47,732 nt of DNA, from assembly GCF_963676685.1 (NCBI RefSeq), contig NC_092353.1:20195575-20243306 (forward strand), written 5' to 3'. Shown piece after piece: positions 9,028 to 21,458 of the stretch (position 1 is its first letter; each line of letters starts with the position of its first letter). Made by a program: the position numbers and the translations under genes. The notes under the pieces are model-generated. The model did not search any database. It saw nothing but the letters and a program-made list of their open reading frames with translations, and was not told the origin of the DNA. Origin of the DNA: Mytilus edulis. Taxonomy: Eukaryota.

Positions 9028-9840
9028 GTTAAACCAATCACAACTTGATAATTTACCTGCGGTGCGATAATGTTGAAGATTGTTGCAAGATGTCACGTTT
9101 AGTGAAACATGCTTGTTAATCAAATGTTACACAGTCCTGAAATGATATATAGTATCAGTTGCATTGTTCCACCTCATCCCTACAATATTTACTGGGGTGT
9201 CGTTGTCTATACAACCTTCTTTAGTGGCTATTTGACACAACTTCGGACTATCTGATTAACAAGATCTCAGATTAAATCCCCCATACTAGTATACAGAAAG
9301 TTGTCGATTTACGGCAACACGATAGTTAGTCTGGAAAACTAGATAAAATGTTGTCGACGTACAAACCGTTGTATTAAATATGTGTAAAAACTATGATTCA
9401 GGTTAAAAAGTTTCAAAATTAAGGCATGTTAAATGAAGGAAGAGTAAGTGGTACCAAATAGAACTACCTTTAAATGGTTTGTCGAGAGTTGACTTGTAGG
9501 GTCGTTCGGATTCCCGAACCAAACAATCTTGTGGCATCTCTGTCATCCTCATGTTTCTCAACTTGTGAAAAATAATGTCCGCAGTTAATTGTTCTTAGGT
9601 AGTCATTCAGGCTTGGTTAATTGGTATATTAAAAATAAAGTCACAAACTGTTCTGATTGGTGTTGTAGCTGAGTCTTTTTTACGATATGGTGGGTTATAC
9701 TAGTGTACTCTGTGGTTTGCACGTACATTCATTTTCATCAACTTTTTCTTGATCGACGATTATATAGATATAAGAAGATGTGGTATGAGTGCCTTTGAAA
9801 CAACTCTTCATCCAAGTCACAGTTTATAAAAGTTAATTAA

Positions 9841-10481
9841 GGGCATACGATACAGTTACAGGGGAGGTAATGACGTTGCTAACGTAAAATGTTATTTTCG
9901 CGACGTCAAACTGTGACCTATCGGGAAAAGATGCATTTTTCGACTGATTTTTATCATTCAAACTGATTTAATTTGAAAACGATTGCATGGACCTTTTTTT
10001 AAAACGACATTTTGTTTCATTTTCCAGGGAAATTATGTGGACCAAATTTTATAAAACTGTAAATAGTGCATTTTTTTTAATTTTGATAAATGTACAGCAA
10101 AAAATGACTTTTTTTTCTCAATTCATGACCATTTGATAACTATGAGTAATTTCTGAATAAAAAATTCAGAAATTTTTAGAAGACTTAATACATATACAAA
10201 GATTACAAATTATTTAACAAAAAACAATTTGTGTTTATCTTTTAAAACAAACAAATTATGTCTTTCTTTCGAAAGGAAAAATACGGCCACAACTCCGCAT
10301 TTTGAGCAAATATACAAAATTTCGACCTCATTTAACTCAGAAAGTAGCACATGGAGGTATATATTTTTTTTATTACATATTTGATTTAATCAGGAAAAAA
10401 TAGCCTATATGGAAATTTTCATCAAACTGTAAATACAGGATCAAAACTGTATCGTATGCCCTTAACACGGAGCCTTGGCTC
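9841..10481. mobile_element. MITE of 641 bp with perfect 17-bp TIRs (GGGCATACGATACAGTT / AACTGTATCGTATGCCC), flanked by TTAA on both sides (9837-9840 and 10482-10485)
   Basis: Direct reading of the sequence. The interior is AT-rich and non-coding. A TTAA duplication is typical of piggyBac-like elements, and of some PIF-like ones. Confidence 0.7.
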
Positions 10482-10723
10482 ACACTGAACAGCAAGCTAT
10501 AAAGGGCCCCTAAAATGACTAGCGTAAACCCACTCAAACGGAAAAACCAACGCTCTAATCTAAATGAAAATCGAGAACCGCCAATTTAATTAGGTCTGTG
10601 ATTTTGTTTCTGAAGTAGAATATGTGGCAAAGTGATATATATGGTAGAAAAATCAACGACTTATTGACACTCTTAATCCTCTTGCAGCCGACCGTTTTTC
10701 AAGGTTGCATTTCATATTGAACA

Positions 10724-10860
10724 GATATATCATGTTAAGGAGGGGTATTTGCGAAAAATACCAGTCGAGAGAATGTTAAATTTCACGAGCCGTAAGGCGA
10801 GGGAAATTCATTCTCAAGACTGGTATTTTTCGCAAATACCCCTCAATAACATGATATATC
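10724..10860. repeat. Hairpin or foldback: ~52-bp inverted arms with a ~33-bp loop
   Basis: gatatatcatgttaaggaggggtatttgcgaaaaataccagtcgagagaatg is the near reverse complement of cattctcaagactggtatttttcgcaaatacccctcaataacatgatatatc. The related word ggcaaatacc recurs at 10935-10995. Confidence 0.6.
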
Positions 10861-11984
10861 TGTTTAATTACACCGAATGTTAATGTACTAAAACGCATTG
10901 ATGATCGTTACAAGCGTCCAGTCGGATAGAGTATTTTTTGGCAAATACCACGGCAGAGAGGGTAAAAAAGGCATATCCTTTTAGCAAATACCCCGGCGGC
11001 GTTAAAAATGAACGATTTTCATTTGATAACAGTAAATTGGTGAAAAATACACTGGCTATTAACCAATCAAAACCCCGGATTCTTACATAAGGTGTAATTA
11101 GACGTAAAATACGACAGCTCGACGTCTGTGACGTAAATGCTAAACAACGACGTCACGACATAATGACCGTTACATTTGGGACCCATTGAAGTAAAACATA
11201 ATGATGTTTAATCCTCGGTCTTTTAATTGAAAGAATAACAGCACTGATGAGAAGCTTGCATAAATTTAACCATGGACATATGTGTCCCTCCGGCAGCAAG
11301 AGGGTAAAGAAACTAATGTGGATATTTTCAAAGGCCTTATTTGAACATTTTATAATCAGGTTTTTGAATTCCGCCATAGCATCATCAGTTCATCACAGAA
11401 TATAAGATAACTTGGTATAACTATGTAATCGAAATTAATGGACTTAGCAGTGTGTTAACACTGTCAACTATTGATAGGATAAAACAACAATTTTAAACAT
11501 GAAAGTACAAGTTAGTGCTTATTTTGTTACAGGTACGAAAATTTAGTGATATTTTGACTATAACATTAAATAAAGGCATCGCCGGGTAGTATACCGCTGT
11601 TCGAAAGTCATAAATCGACTGATAAAAAATATCTGGGCTACAAACTAACACTGAGGTAAACACATCAACTATAAGAGGAAAACAACGAAACAACAGAAAC
11701 ACTGAGGTGCAACAAAAAAACAAACGATAATGCAACACACACAGAGAAACAAACTATGATATATAACATCTACAATTTGCCTGACTTGGTACAGGACATT
11801 CTAAGACAAACTGGTGTGTTGAACCTAGTTTTGCGGCTAGCCAAACCTTGCATTTTTATTTCAATGTTAATATAACACTAATATGACAACATTACATGAC
11901 AGGACTCAAAACAAACAAATGCAAGAACATTCTGGACAGAAAAATACACAGATATACAATACAATAGGACATTTCCAATAGTAA

Positions 11985-12083
11985 AGGTACATGTACCAGG
12001 CTTATAATTTAATATACCATACGCGCGTTTCAGATCCAGATTTGATAAAGAAAGACAAACAAGTACAAAGTTGAAGAGCATTG
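11985..12083 (-). repeat. Inverted copy of the hammerhead-bearing repeat unit, with the ribozyme core deleted
   Basis: On the minus strand it reads caatgctcttcaactttgtacttgtttgtc...tctgaaacgcgcgtatggtatattaaattataagcctggtaca. This aligns to the 30608-30745 unit, but the word agcgtcactgatgagtcttatgtagac is missing. Confidence 0.5.
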
Positions 12084-13114
12084 ATGTTACCCTGTATACC
12101 ACATTGCCTCACATTCTCATTAAGAAAAAATTCACACACCTAATTAAATGGGCATTCAAAAAATCAGAATGTGAATATATATGTTCAAACTCTGTTAGGT
12201 CATTTTTTAGTAGCAATAAAAAAAACTATGTTAATTGGACATGCTTTGATACTATATATGCCCTTGAATTTTTACTAGATAACATTTTTGTTCGCTTTGG
12301 GGATTCCGTATATCGTCAGATTATCGGAATTCCAATGGGGACTAACTGTGCACCACTTATTGCGGACCTGTTTTTGTATTGTTATGAGTTACAATTTATG
12401 ACAATAATAAGCAAACACCCATCGAAACAACATCTGATAAACAAATTTAATAATACTTTTAGATATTTGGATGATATTTTGGCTATCAATAATGACGACT
12501 TCAGTATGTATATTAATGCAATTTATCCTGTTGAACTTACTTTAAATAAAGCTAATACTAACAATGACCACTGCCCTTTTCTCGATCTTTATATCTATAT
12601 CACTAATGGAAAGCTGAATACTAAAATTTCTGATAAAAGGGATGATTTTTCATTTCCTATCGTTAATTATCCGTTTTTAGATGGTGACGTTCCCTTGTCA
12701 CCATCTTACGGTGTTTATATATCTCAACTTGTACGATTCGCTCGTGTATGTAATAATGTTTGAGATTTTAACGAGAGAAATTTATGTATTACTGAAAAAT
12801 TATTACACCAGGGTTTTCGATATCACAAACTAGTCAAAACATTTACTAAATTTTATCATCGGTATAAAGACATCATTCGTAAATATAGCTCAACATGCAG
12901 ACTTCTAATACGTTCAGGTATTTCACATCCAATTTTTTATGGAAATATTCTTTATAAAGCACAACGGTGTCAGTATTCACCTCAGAAACTTACAAAACCT
13001 TTGAATAGACTTCTTAAGAAGGGATATAATTACGATACTGTTGTCAAGTCATTAAAGATTGCATATTTTGGCGTTAATATTGAGTCACTGATAAGGTCTT
13101 TGCATCGGAACTAA
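12071..13114 (+). pseudogene. 5'-truncated reverse transcriptase fragment: RT motif B (GIPMGTNCAPLIADLFL) and motif C (YLDDIL), then a thumb-like C-terminal region. One in-frame TGA at 12761-12763
   Basis: ORF 12071..12763 continues in the same frame after the single TGA down to the TAA at 13112-13114, giving ~347 codons. The N-terminus, including motif A, is absent. The ORF starts exactly at the junction word gttgaagagcattg. Confidence 0.7.
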
Positions 13115-13392
13115 ACACATTTATTCTAAAAACAGTTGTTGGCATGATACGGGTTATGTTCTTCTCATATATGTTATGATACTAAACCCCTAACGGGAAG
13201 GATTGTGTCAACATATTCATATGTTGAAATCATAATCTTTCAGTCAGTTTAATTGAAGTCTGGAGCTGGCATGTCAGTTAACTGCTAGTAGTCTGTTGTT
13301 ATTTATGTATTATTGTCATTTTGTTTATTTTCATTGGTTACATATTCTGACATCAGACTCGGACTTCTCTTGAACTGAATTTTAATGTGCGT

Positions 13393-13740
13393 ATTGTTAT
13401 GCGTTTACTTTTCTACATTGGTTAGAGGTATAGGGGGAGGGTTGAGATCTCACAAACATGTTTAACCCCGCCGCATTTTTGCGCCTGTCCCAAGTCAGGA
13501 GCCTCTGGCCTTTGTTAGTCTTGTATTATTTTGATTTTAGTTTCTTTTGTACAATTTGGAAATTAGTATGGCGTTCATTATCACTGGACTAGTATATATT
13601 TGTGTAGGGGCCAGCTGAAGGACGCCTCCGGGTGCGGGAATTTCTCGCTACATTGAAGACCTGTTGGTGACCCTCTGCTGTTGTTTTTTTATTTGGTCGG
13701 GTTGTTGTCTCTTTGACACATTCCCCATTTCAATTCTCAA
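13393..13740 (+). mobile_element. tRNA-derived SINE-like element, copy 1
   Basis: A D-arm or A-box-like word ATTGGTTAGAGG and a B-box-like word GGGTTGAGATCTC near the 5' end. It is ~75 percent identical over ~330 bp to 31494-31830. The shared tail is ...cattccccatttc(a/c)attctcaat. Confidence 0.5.
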
Positions 13741-14019
13741 TTTTATGTCCCAAATTCCAAAAAAAAAGAAATGTGCCAAATATGGCTAAGGTTGTATATA
13801 TTTGGGATAAGAAAACCCTTAGTAAATAGAATAATTCGTACTTTTGAAAAAGCAAATGTGAAACAAATGACCATAAAGTTGATTTTCATGTCAACACCGA
13901 AGTCGTGTCTAACAAAAGAATAATAAACTGTTATCACAGAGATATGTCTCGCCTTTTTGTAATTTTGATAATGCAAATGTTGAAATTAGAATAGCAATAC
14001 TTTAACATGTAAGTTATGC

Positions 14020-14400
14020 AAATATTCAAAGTCGATGAACCATGACTGAATGAACATTGACTGAAAGTACATGGCCAAACAATCTCCATGGAATGAGATA
14101 TGCCAATGCTTATACAACTGCATACCAAATACCATTGACTCATTATAAGTTGTTCCCTTTAAACAAACCTAAACACAAACATTAACTTGTTTACGTAAAC
14201 TATGTAAAAGTTTAAAGTCAATGAACCATGATCAGGGATGGGGTTATATAATCTCCATGGAAACGATACTTTCAAATGTCAATACATTTGTATACCAAAT
14301 ATCATTGATTTAACATTAGCAGTTCCTCTTTAACTGATCTAATCACAAACTAATACATGTAAACTTAGCAAAACTGTTTTTTCCCTTTATCGGAACACTC
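14020..14400. repeat. ~190-bp tandem repeat x2 (…atctccatgga(a)…ataccaaata(t/c)cattga…)
   Basis: Two adjacent, similar units. The related sequence is at 16555-16800. Confidence 0.6.
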
Positions 14401-14574
14401 AAATAAAAAGAAAACTGATGTGAGCATTTAAGGACAGGGATTTGTACAAGTCGTTCTATACAAAATCTTGTTAATGTATAAGTGTCTGAACATGTGTAAT
14501 TGCATGTACACAGTTAGTTTTTGCAATTGGGCTGTGCAGAAAATATGAGCTTTTACGTCAAACTGTCGGGATGT

Positions 14575-15060
14575 GTTTAAAAATCTATATCCTATGTAAT
14601 TATATTTGACGACTCTACTAAATAAACTCACCATAGAAACCAGGATTGACATTTTCGTCTAAAAAAAGTCTCATCAGTGACGCTCGAATCCAAAAAAGTT
14701 AAAAAAAAAAATCAAAAAAAAATCCAAATATTGTACGAAGTTGAAGAGCATTTAGACCAAAATTCCAAAAAGTGTTGCCAAACACAGCAAAGGTAATCTA
14801 TTCCTAAGGTAGAAAAGCCTTAGAATTTCAAAAATTCAAAAGTTTTGTAAACAGTTAATTTATAAATATAACCATATCAATGATAATCTATGTCAGCACA
14901 AAAGTGCTGACCACTGGGCTGGTGGTACCCTCGAGGAAATAAATCTCCACCAGCAGTGGCATCGACCAAGGAGTTGTAAATAAACTCACCATAGAAACAG
15001 GTTTATATTTACGGCAGACACACGTTCATCTCAAAAACACTCATGAGGTTGGTAATGGGG
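14575..15060 (-). repeat. Degenerate inverted copies of the hammerhead-bearing repeat unit
   Basis: The minus strand reads gagcgtcactgatgagac...gaaaatgtcaatcctggtttctatggtgag at 14640-14700. A second copy, with its core mutated to cucaugag, lies at ~14977-15055. The junction word gttgaagagcatt occurs at 14744-14757. Confidence 0.4.
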
Positions 15061-15299
15061 GTACCGAATTTGTAATCACATAAGCAACACGACAGGTGCC
15101 AAATGTGGAGCAGGATCTGCTTACCCTTCCGGAGCACCTGAGATAACCCATAGATTTTGGTGGGTGTCGTGTTGTTTATTCCTTAGTTTTCTATGGTGTT
15201 TCATGTGTACTATTGTTTGTCTGTTTGTCTTTTTCATTTTTAGCCATGGCATTGTCAGATTATTTTAGATTTATGAGTTTGACTGTTCCTCTGGTATCT

Positions 15300-15580
15300 T
15301 TCGTCCCTCTTTCGTGACGAATCACGGTAAAAATTCTTGCCAAATGACGTTAACGGTAATTTTTTATGCATGACGATAAAATGTACACTTTCTTTTAGAC
15401 GATACGAAAATTGACTGATTTTGACGAATCAGGTAAAAATGTTCCCCGAAAATGACGGTAACGATAATTATTTGAGACCTCTGACAAATCACGGTAAAAA
15501 TTTAACCAATTTGACGCTAACGGTAGCTGAAAATTACCGTTTGACGCCTGACGGTAAACAAGTAAAGGGCATTACTAATT
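15300..15580. repeat. Minisatellite, ~58-bp unit x4-5 (tgacgaatcacggtaaaaat...gacgttaacggtaatt)
   Basis: Direct reading of the sequence. The ORF 15421..15630 is a translation artefact of this periodicity. Confidence 0.7.
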
Positions 15581-15779
15581 TACTACCCTCACTCGTCAAG
15601 TTGAAGAGCATTGGGGACCAAAATTCCTAAAAGTTTTGCAAACTACAGCTGAAGTAATCTATTTCTGAGGTAGCAAAACTTATTATTACTTAGTAATATT
15701 GTGTAAACTTCGTGTGCAAACGATTAACATGATAAAGTGAAGTGAACATGACTAACTTTTATCAAAACACGTTTCTTCA

Positions 15780-16210
15780 AACCAGAATTGCTTATCTGCC
15801 AAGTTAGGATGCAATAAGGGCATGCAGGATCCATACAATGAAGTCATGGTCAGATGAATCTTGTGGTGAAGGAAAATCGAGAAAAAGGTCGGATGAACAC
15901 TGCAAAACGGACTTGTAACCTTAATGCTCGTTCCATAGTCCAAATATATTTCATATACTGATTATAATATGTGAAAACACCTATTTCTGAAAACTTGATG
16001 TTGACTAATAAATCAGGACTAGGTCAGGTTGAACCTTGTGAGATTGACAAATATACCATACAAATATTACAAACATCAAATATAGTTGACAATATGCTTA
16101 TATTATCTGAAAAATAGACCTAACAAGAAAACACTACATTACAATGAACAGAACTATGAAAATGAGGCCTAGGTCAAGTTTACTCTGCAAGACTTCAATA
16201 ATTCCATATT
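15780..16210. repeat. Dispersed copies of the ~150-bp (a)aatgaggtcaaggtca family
   Basis: Examples are aaaatgaggcctaggtcaag at 16162 and caggactaggtcaggttgaacc at 16010. They share the words accaaatatagttgac and tatggtataagaaaa with the 22262-22736 array. Confidence 0.45.
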
Positions 16211-16554
16211 CCAAATACACGATACTGGATGCTGAAGTTGTGTATCTTTTTATCAACTGTACAGTTTTCCCTTTATTGATGTTTGTTTTATCATTTTGCT
16301 TTGTTTTTGCAGGTAGGTGTAGAGTTGTGATTAGGACCCAAGAGGTTTTTTACAATTTATGTTTTGCTTTGTTTACCCTCGTATTTAAATTTTACTTAAT
16401 CTGTACATTATCACCAAAGTGTATAGGTTATACTGTATGAACTATAACAAATAACGAATGTACTATTTAATACAAATTCTTTTTTGTTGGTATTTTTGTT
16501 TGAATTTTGAAGTCAGTTGTGTTGTCTGTAACTTGTAGTTACAAAACATATTAC

Positions 16555-16800
16555 AAACCAATCTTCATAGAAATAAGTTTAGCCAATGCTAATACCAAAT
16601 ATCATTGACCTACCACTAGAGGTTCCACATAAACTGACCTTATCAAAAACAAAAACATGTTAACTAAGCAAAAGTTTCAAAGTAAATAGGCATTGACTGA
16701 GCTAGAAATCTTCATGGAAATGAGGTGTGCCAATATTTATATAACTTCATACCAAAAATCACTGACCTACCACTAGTAGTTACCCATAAATTAGCCTAAT
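16555..16800. repeat. Two ~120-bp units related to the 14020-14400 repeat
   Basis: The shared words are gccaatgctaataccaaatatcattgacctaccact and cttcatggaaatgag. Confidence 0.5.
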
Positions 16801-17639
16801 TACAAAGTAATACATTGTTGACATCCACTGATATGATGGAAACAGCATACCAATGTCTCAGATTTCAACAATTTTTTTAAATTGATTTGGATTACCTCCC
16901 TTACACTGCTTTTAAATTGTCTCAATTGTCTTTTTACCAGAAAAACCTTTGTTTCCCCCTTTTTGCCCCTAATTTAAAAATGGTTAGAGCCATAACCCCC
17001 AAAGTCAGTTGTTGTGAAAGTACAATTTACACGACGTAACGTTATATTTATTCCCGTACTTTCACTTTCCCATTGTTGACGTCAACTTCCGCCCAGCAAT
17101 TGTATATATGGTTTTGAAGAGTGTTGTACACGTGGAAGAATAAGAAGACTGGAATTTAACTTGTTACATATTTTATAAAAGGTAAACAGCATACATTTTA
17201 CACACTATAGTATTTTACTAATCTCCGCATCAGGTTCTAAATATATACTTTGCCCTATTTATAGATTGTAGTTTCCCCTGTTAAATATAGCGCGATCGGC
17301 AATTCAAACACATTAGCGTTGGTTGTTCATTTGTTATTATTTATTCGCGTATTCCTGTGTGAATAAACTGTGTTGTATATTTATTGTGTATTATAATAAA
17401 GTATTGTATTTCCACATGTTGTTTGCATAAAAACGTAACTGCCGTATAAAGTTGTGGTAATTGTTTAATGAGATAAATACTTGTTGTGAAGCCCATGTAT
17501 GATTTTACCCGCTCGGACGTTTGTTCTATAAATAAGTAAGTTCATAAGCAGGTTCCTGACCATCCCTTTGTAGTATGAAAACTTGTAGTAAAATTTCTGA
17601 GAGATTCATACAATTCAACAAAAGTTAATGTTTAGAAAC

Positions 17640-17895
17640 TACAAAAATGCTTATTTGGGCTTTTTTTAAAGACCCTAATTCCAAACCCATAACCCCCCCC
17701 AACATCAATCCCAACCTTCCTTTAGGGGTTATAAACCTTGTGTTAAAATTTTATTGATTTCTTTTTACTTTTTATAAAATTATTATTCAGAAACAATCCA
17801 TCTTCAGACGACACTGATGATAAAGACTACGACAACAACAAAGTGATAGCAAGATACAACAAATTTTTTTAAAATTTTTGCGGTTATATAAACAT
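17640..17895 (+). repeat. Solo tail fragment of a composite satellite-carrier element: one cccaa..atcaatcccaaccttcc unit plus the (GAC)n/hairpin tail
   Basis: The tail gacgacactgatgataaagactacgacaacaacaaagtgatagcaagatacaac...tttttgcggttatataaa parallels the tails at 24466-24545, 26281-26362 and 42491-42560. Confidence 0.5.
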
Positions 17896-18689
17896 GAGAC
17901 CAAGAAAAAATCAGCTAAAAGTTAACAGGGATGGAAATTAAAGATAACAATTTTATCCTTTTCACTCCTCTATATTTATTGAACTCTACCATGTTAACTG
18001 GAAAGCAATTTCAAGAAGGCTGCTAAAGTTTGATTCCACTTTACCAAATACAGTAATTTAGATATCACCCTTAACTTCACACTGTAATACATAAACATAT
18101 ACCACAAAATACTGGTGTTTTTTCATATTAAAGTTGTTATAATGTACCTGAAATAAAATTTTTATTTTCATCTTGTTTTGAATATTTGAATAAATGTGTA
18201 TTTTAAGTGTATGATGTCCTGGATTTGAAATGAAATATTTCAAACATGTATTTCAAATGTCTTAAGAAAATAATAGGAAATAAATTAACAAAGATTTTAT
18301 ACAAATATGGCATGATTTATTGATTGTCGTATCCATAATGACCTGTGGTAAATATTTCCTACATATCCAGGACACAAACATATTCAATAATTAACAAAAG
18401 TATGTTATTTTGATGGTCACTGGTAAATCCTGATTAGGGATAGGGACTGTTTTTTAAAACTTGCAACAAGCCATACACTGATCTCTATTGCAGTAAGAGG
18501 TTTTGCATACACTGAAGAATAAACTTTTCTCAATTTTATATACATTCCTGACAGCTAACAATGTTTCTATAGTTATCCATGAAGTCACAAATATAGTACA
18601 AATTCATTAAACTGTACAAATAATTGGTAAATACATACAAAAAATAAATAAAAATTACAAAATGTAAACAAATATATCACAGACTTTAA

Positions 18690-18835
18690 AATAAATTAAT
18701 AAAAAATTATATATAAACACAATATCATAAATAATTAAACAAATATATATAAACACTATAATATAAATAATTAAACAATTATATATAAACACAATATCAT
18801 AAATAATTAAACAATTTTATATAAACATTGTACTA
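18690..18835. repeat. AT-rich ~42-bp tandem repeat x3-4 (atatataaacacaatatcataaataattaaacaa)
   Basis: Direct reading of the sequence. Confidence 0.7.
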
Positions 18836-19794
18836 TAAATGAAAAAAACTTTTTATAGTACTATGAACATTCCAAAACAATAATATTCAAAAGATTTTTC
18901 AGAAATGTCCACTTTTAATTCATCAAAACAATCCACATAATTTACGTTGGTCTTCATGAAAAAATAACCCAACAATCAAATATTGAATTTTGTGCAGCCT
19001 ACTGCACACATTTATAAATCACAAATTCCTGCAGAAAATAAGTAATTTTGCCATTTTCAGAACTAGAATTAATTTTTTTATTCTTTCTTTAATAAATTCC
19101 AATATTCAAATTTCATTACCAAAATTATGATTATTGAAGGGAGCAAAATCTTTAAAACCTTCTAAGACTTTTCAATCAGTCGCATTAAGGCAAAATTAAA
19201 TTAAATTAAGTAAAAAAAAATGTGAAATTTTATTTCTCAATATATTCTTATATATTATTTGCTATTTTGAAATGATAACAATAAATCATTAATTGACGGA
19301 GACCTTTTTTTTTAATCAATATTATTATTTTTTGTTTTTATTTTGAGTTGAAAAATAGTAAAATTGAAAAATTATATCATGTTTGTTTGACCAATATCTG
19401 CAACATATCTTTCATTTTGATCATTACATATAAGTGTATTCTACAGATATATACAACAACAGCAGTGTTTTACTACTTCTTTGGACAATATCACCTGAAC
19501 TAATTATCACATTCTTTTTATCATCAAATTGTAAATAGATAAAGAAAAACAAATGTGTAGCCTCATGTAAAACAAAGAATCAATCTCATTATAATAAATA
19601 ATCTGTTAAATGATATTAAAGTTGTATAACTGATCCCTGATCATAGATGATATGATGAAAATTAATCTTTTGTTCACAAACTCAACTTATCGCAATTACA
19701 ATTATAATGCCTAATAAGATAAAGACAATGAAGGTACAATTCTATACTATTGCATCAATTTTTATTTTGTTTTGCATAACCATGTCAAGTTAGT

Positions 19795-19985
19795 GACAAA
19801 AATCCAGTATCAAAGATGTTACAAGGCAACACCAAAGATCTTGGCTGCTACCTCACCCTAGAAGAGAGACATTATAAGTTGACACCTATAATCATGGCTG
19901 CTACCTCACTCCACGAGTGACATTACTGTGCAACACCTAACATCTTGGCTGCTACCTCACCCCATGAGTGACCTAATTCCAGCAT
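19795..19985. repeat. ~60-bp tandem repeat x3 (catcttggctgctacctcac(c/t)cc..gagtgaca)
   Basis: Direct reading of the sequence. It overlaps the 3' end of the minus-strand ORF 19923..20228. Confidence 0.6.
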
Positions 19986-21002
19986 ACTTGATGTCAATTT
20001 ATGCTCTTCCTCTTTCTGCTGATAGAAATTGACAGTTTTTATCATTCGACTATGCTTAGGAAAATGTTCATCATCAACTTGTTGCCTACCACCCTCTGTA
20101 CTTTCTGACAGCCATCTTGTCAGCTCTTTTTGCCAAAAGTTATTGCCTTTAACATGACTGGGAACCCAGTCTGGAGACTCCAATTGTATAACAACCAGCA
20201 AGGCAATACAGGTTGCCAGTAAAGTCATAATCTCATCCTGTACTTTTAATGCTGAAATAGAATATTGTACTTCGCTTGAAATTAAATAGTTACAATAAGT
20301 GTCAGCCCTCCAAGATGCTTAATTTCCATTTATTCTATGTTTTGTATACTGTTCTTTGTCTGTTTTTCCTTTTAATCATGGCATTGTAATTTTATTTTTC
20401 AACTTTTGAGTTTAAATGTTTCTTTGGTATATTTTGCCTCTCTTCTTCAACCTGCTGCATGATTTTTGTTTTGGTGACAGTTGTGCTTTAATAATTCTAA
20501 GCAAGTCCATGACAAATACTTATAGTCAAGATTTTTGATTAGTTAGCCATTTAATCATATTCATTGGCATTTTATAGCTGCAAACTTTAATCAAAGTTTA
20601 AAAATCAACTCCTGATTCTGCTAAATGGAGATAACATGAAACATATATAATATTAGGGTACAAACAAAAAATTGAACCTTTTCCTTAAGTTAATGTAAAA
20701 ACTGAATTTTCATGGAGTTTAAATTTCGTTTATTTGTGATGATACTGATCAGAAAATATCGATGAAATTAAAACTCCCATGAAAATTTAACCTTCATAAA
20801 ATATCACTTCCATTTAATGGAAACCATGAAATTAAATCCCCATGAAATCTTACATAGAGAAAAAACCACGAAAATTTGATCTCATGAAAATTAATGTTTC
20901 TAAAGTAAATGAAACTTGATATTCAAAACATGCCAATATTGAACTAAAACCTACTTAACAGGTTTTATCTGTTTGAAATAATGTTCCCAAGTTAATACTT
21001 AA

Positions 21003-21343
21003 TGTAATGCCTCGTTCACAAGTACATTTAATTCGAATTGAATTCGAATTGAATACAAATCAAATTAGCTTATTGCGTTCACACACGTTTTTTTTTTAAC
21101 TTTGAATTGATTCGAATTGGTTAATTCGAATTATCCAATTCGCATTAGAAATACGCTTTTGTTAATAGGAACTAAAAGGTAACATTGTTTGGACAGTAAA
21201 GTGAATTTGACGCGCATTGTAATTCAAATTAGAATGTAGTTAGGACGTAAAACCTTTTGAATGCGAATTAGTCCTTTTTGAATGCGAATTAAACTAATTC
21301 AAATTAGTTAATGCGAATCGAATTCCAATTATGTGTGAACTCA
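21003..21343. mobile_element. MITE-like foldback (~340 bp) with imperfect ~25-bp TIRs (taatgcctcgttcacaagtacatttaatt / aattatgtgtgaactcagcatta). The interior is rich in ttcgaattg motifs
   Basis: The terminal inverted similarity was found by eye. No clear TSD was seen. Confidence 0.45.
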
Positions 21344-21458
21344 GCATTAGTACAGTGTAACCTGTCTTATCTGACACCAGAGTATTCTGACACTCTGCTT
21401 AATCCAACATTTTTTTCTGGTCCTTTAGTGTGTAGGATTACACAGGTTACACTGTAAT
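21344..21458. mobile_element. Miniature foldback element (115 bp) with perfect 15-bp TIRs tacagtgtaacctgt / acaggttacactgta
   Basis: Direct reading of the sequence. The CAGTG TIR start resembles hAT-type ends, but no matching TSD was found. Confidence 0.5.

Noticed and set aside
9480-9525. A tRNA-like T-arm word (ggttcgggaatccgaacgacc on the minus strand)
   Set aside because: It has a 6-bp stem with a 4-nt loop and no acceptor or anticodon arms in place. It is not a tRNA.
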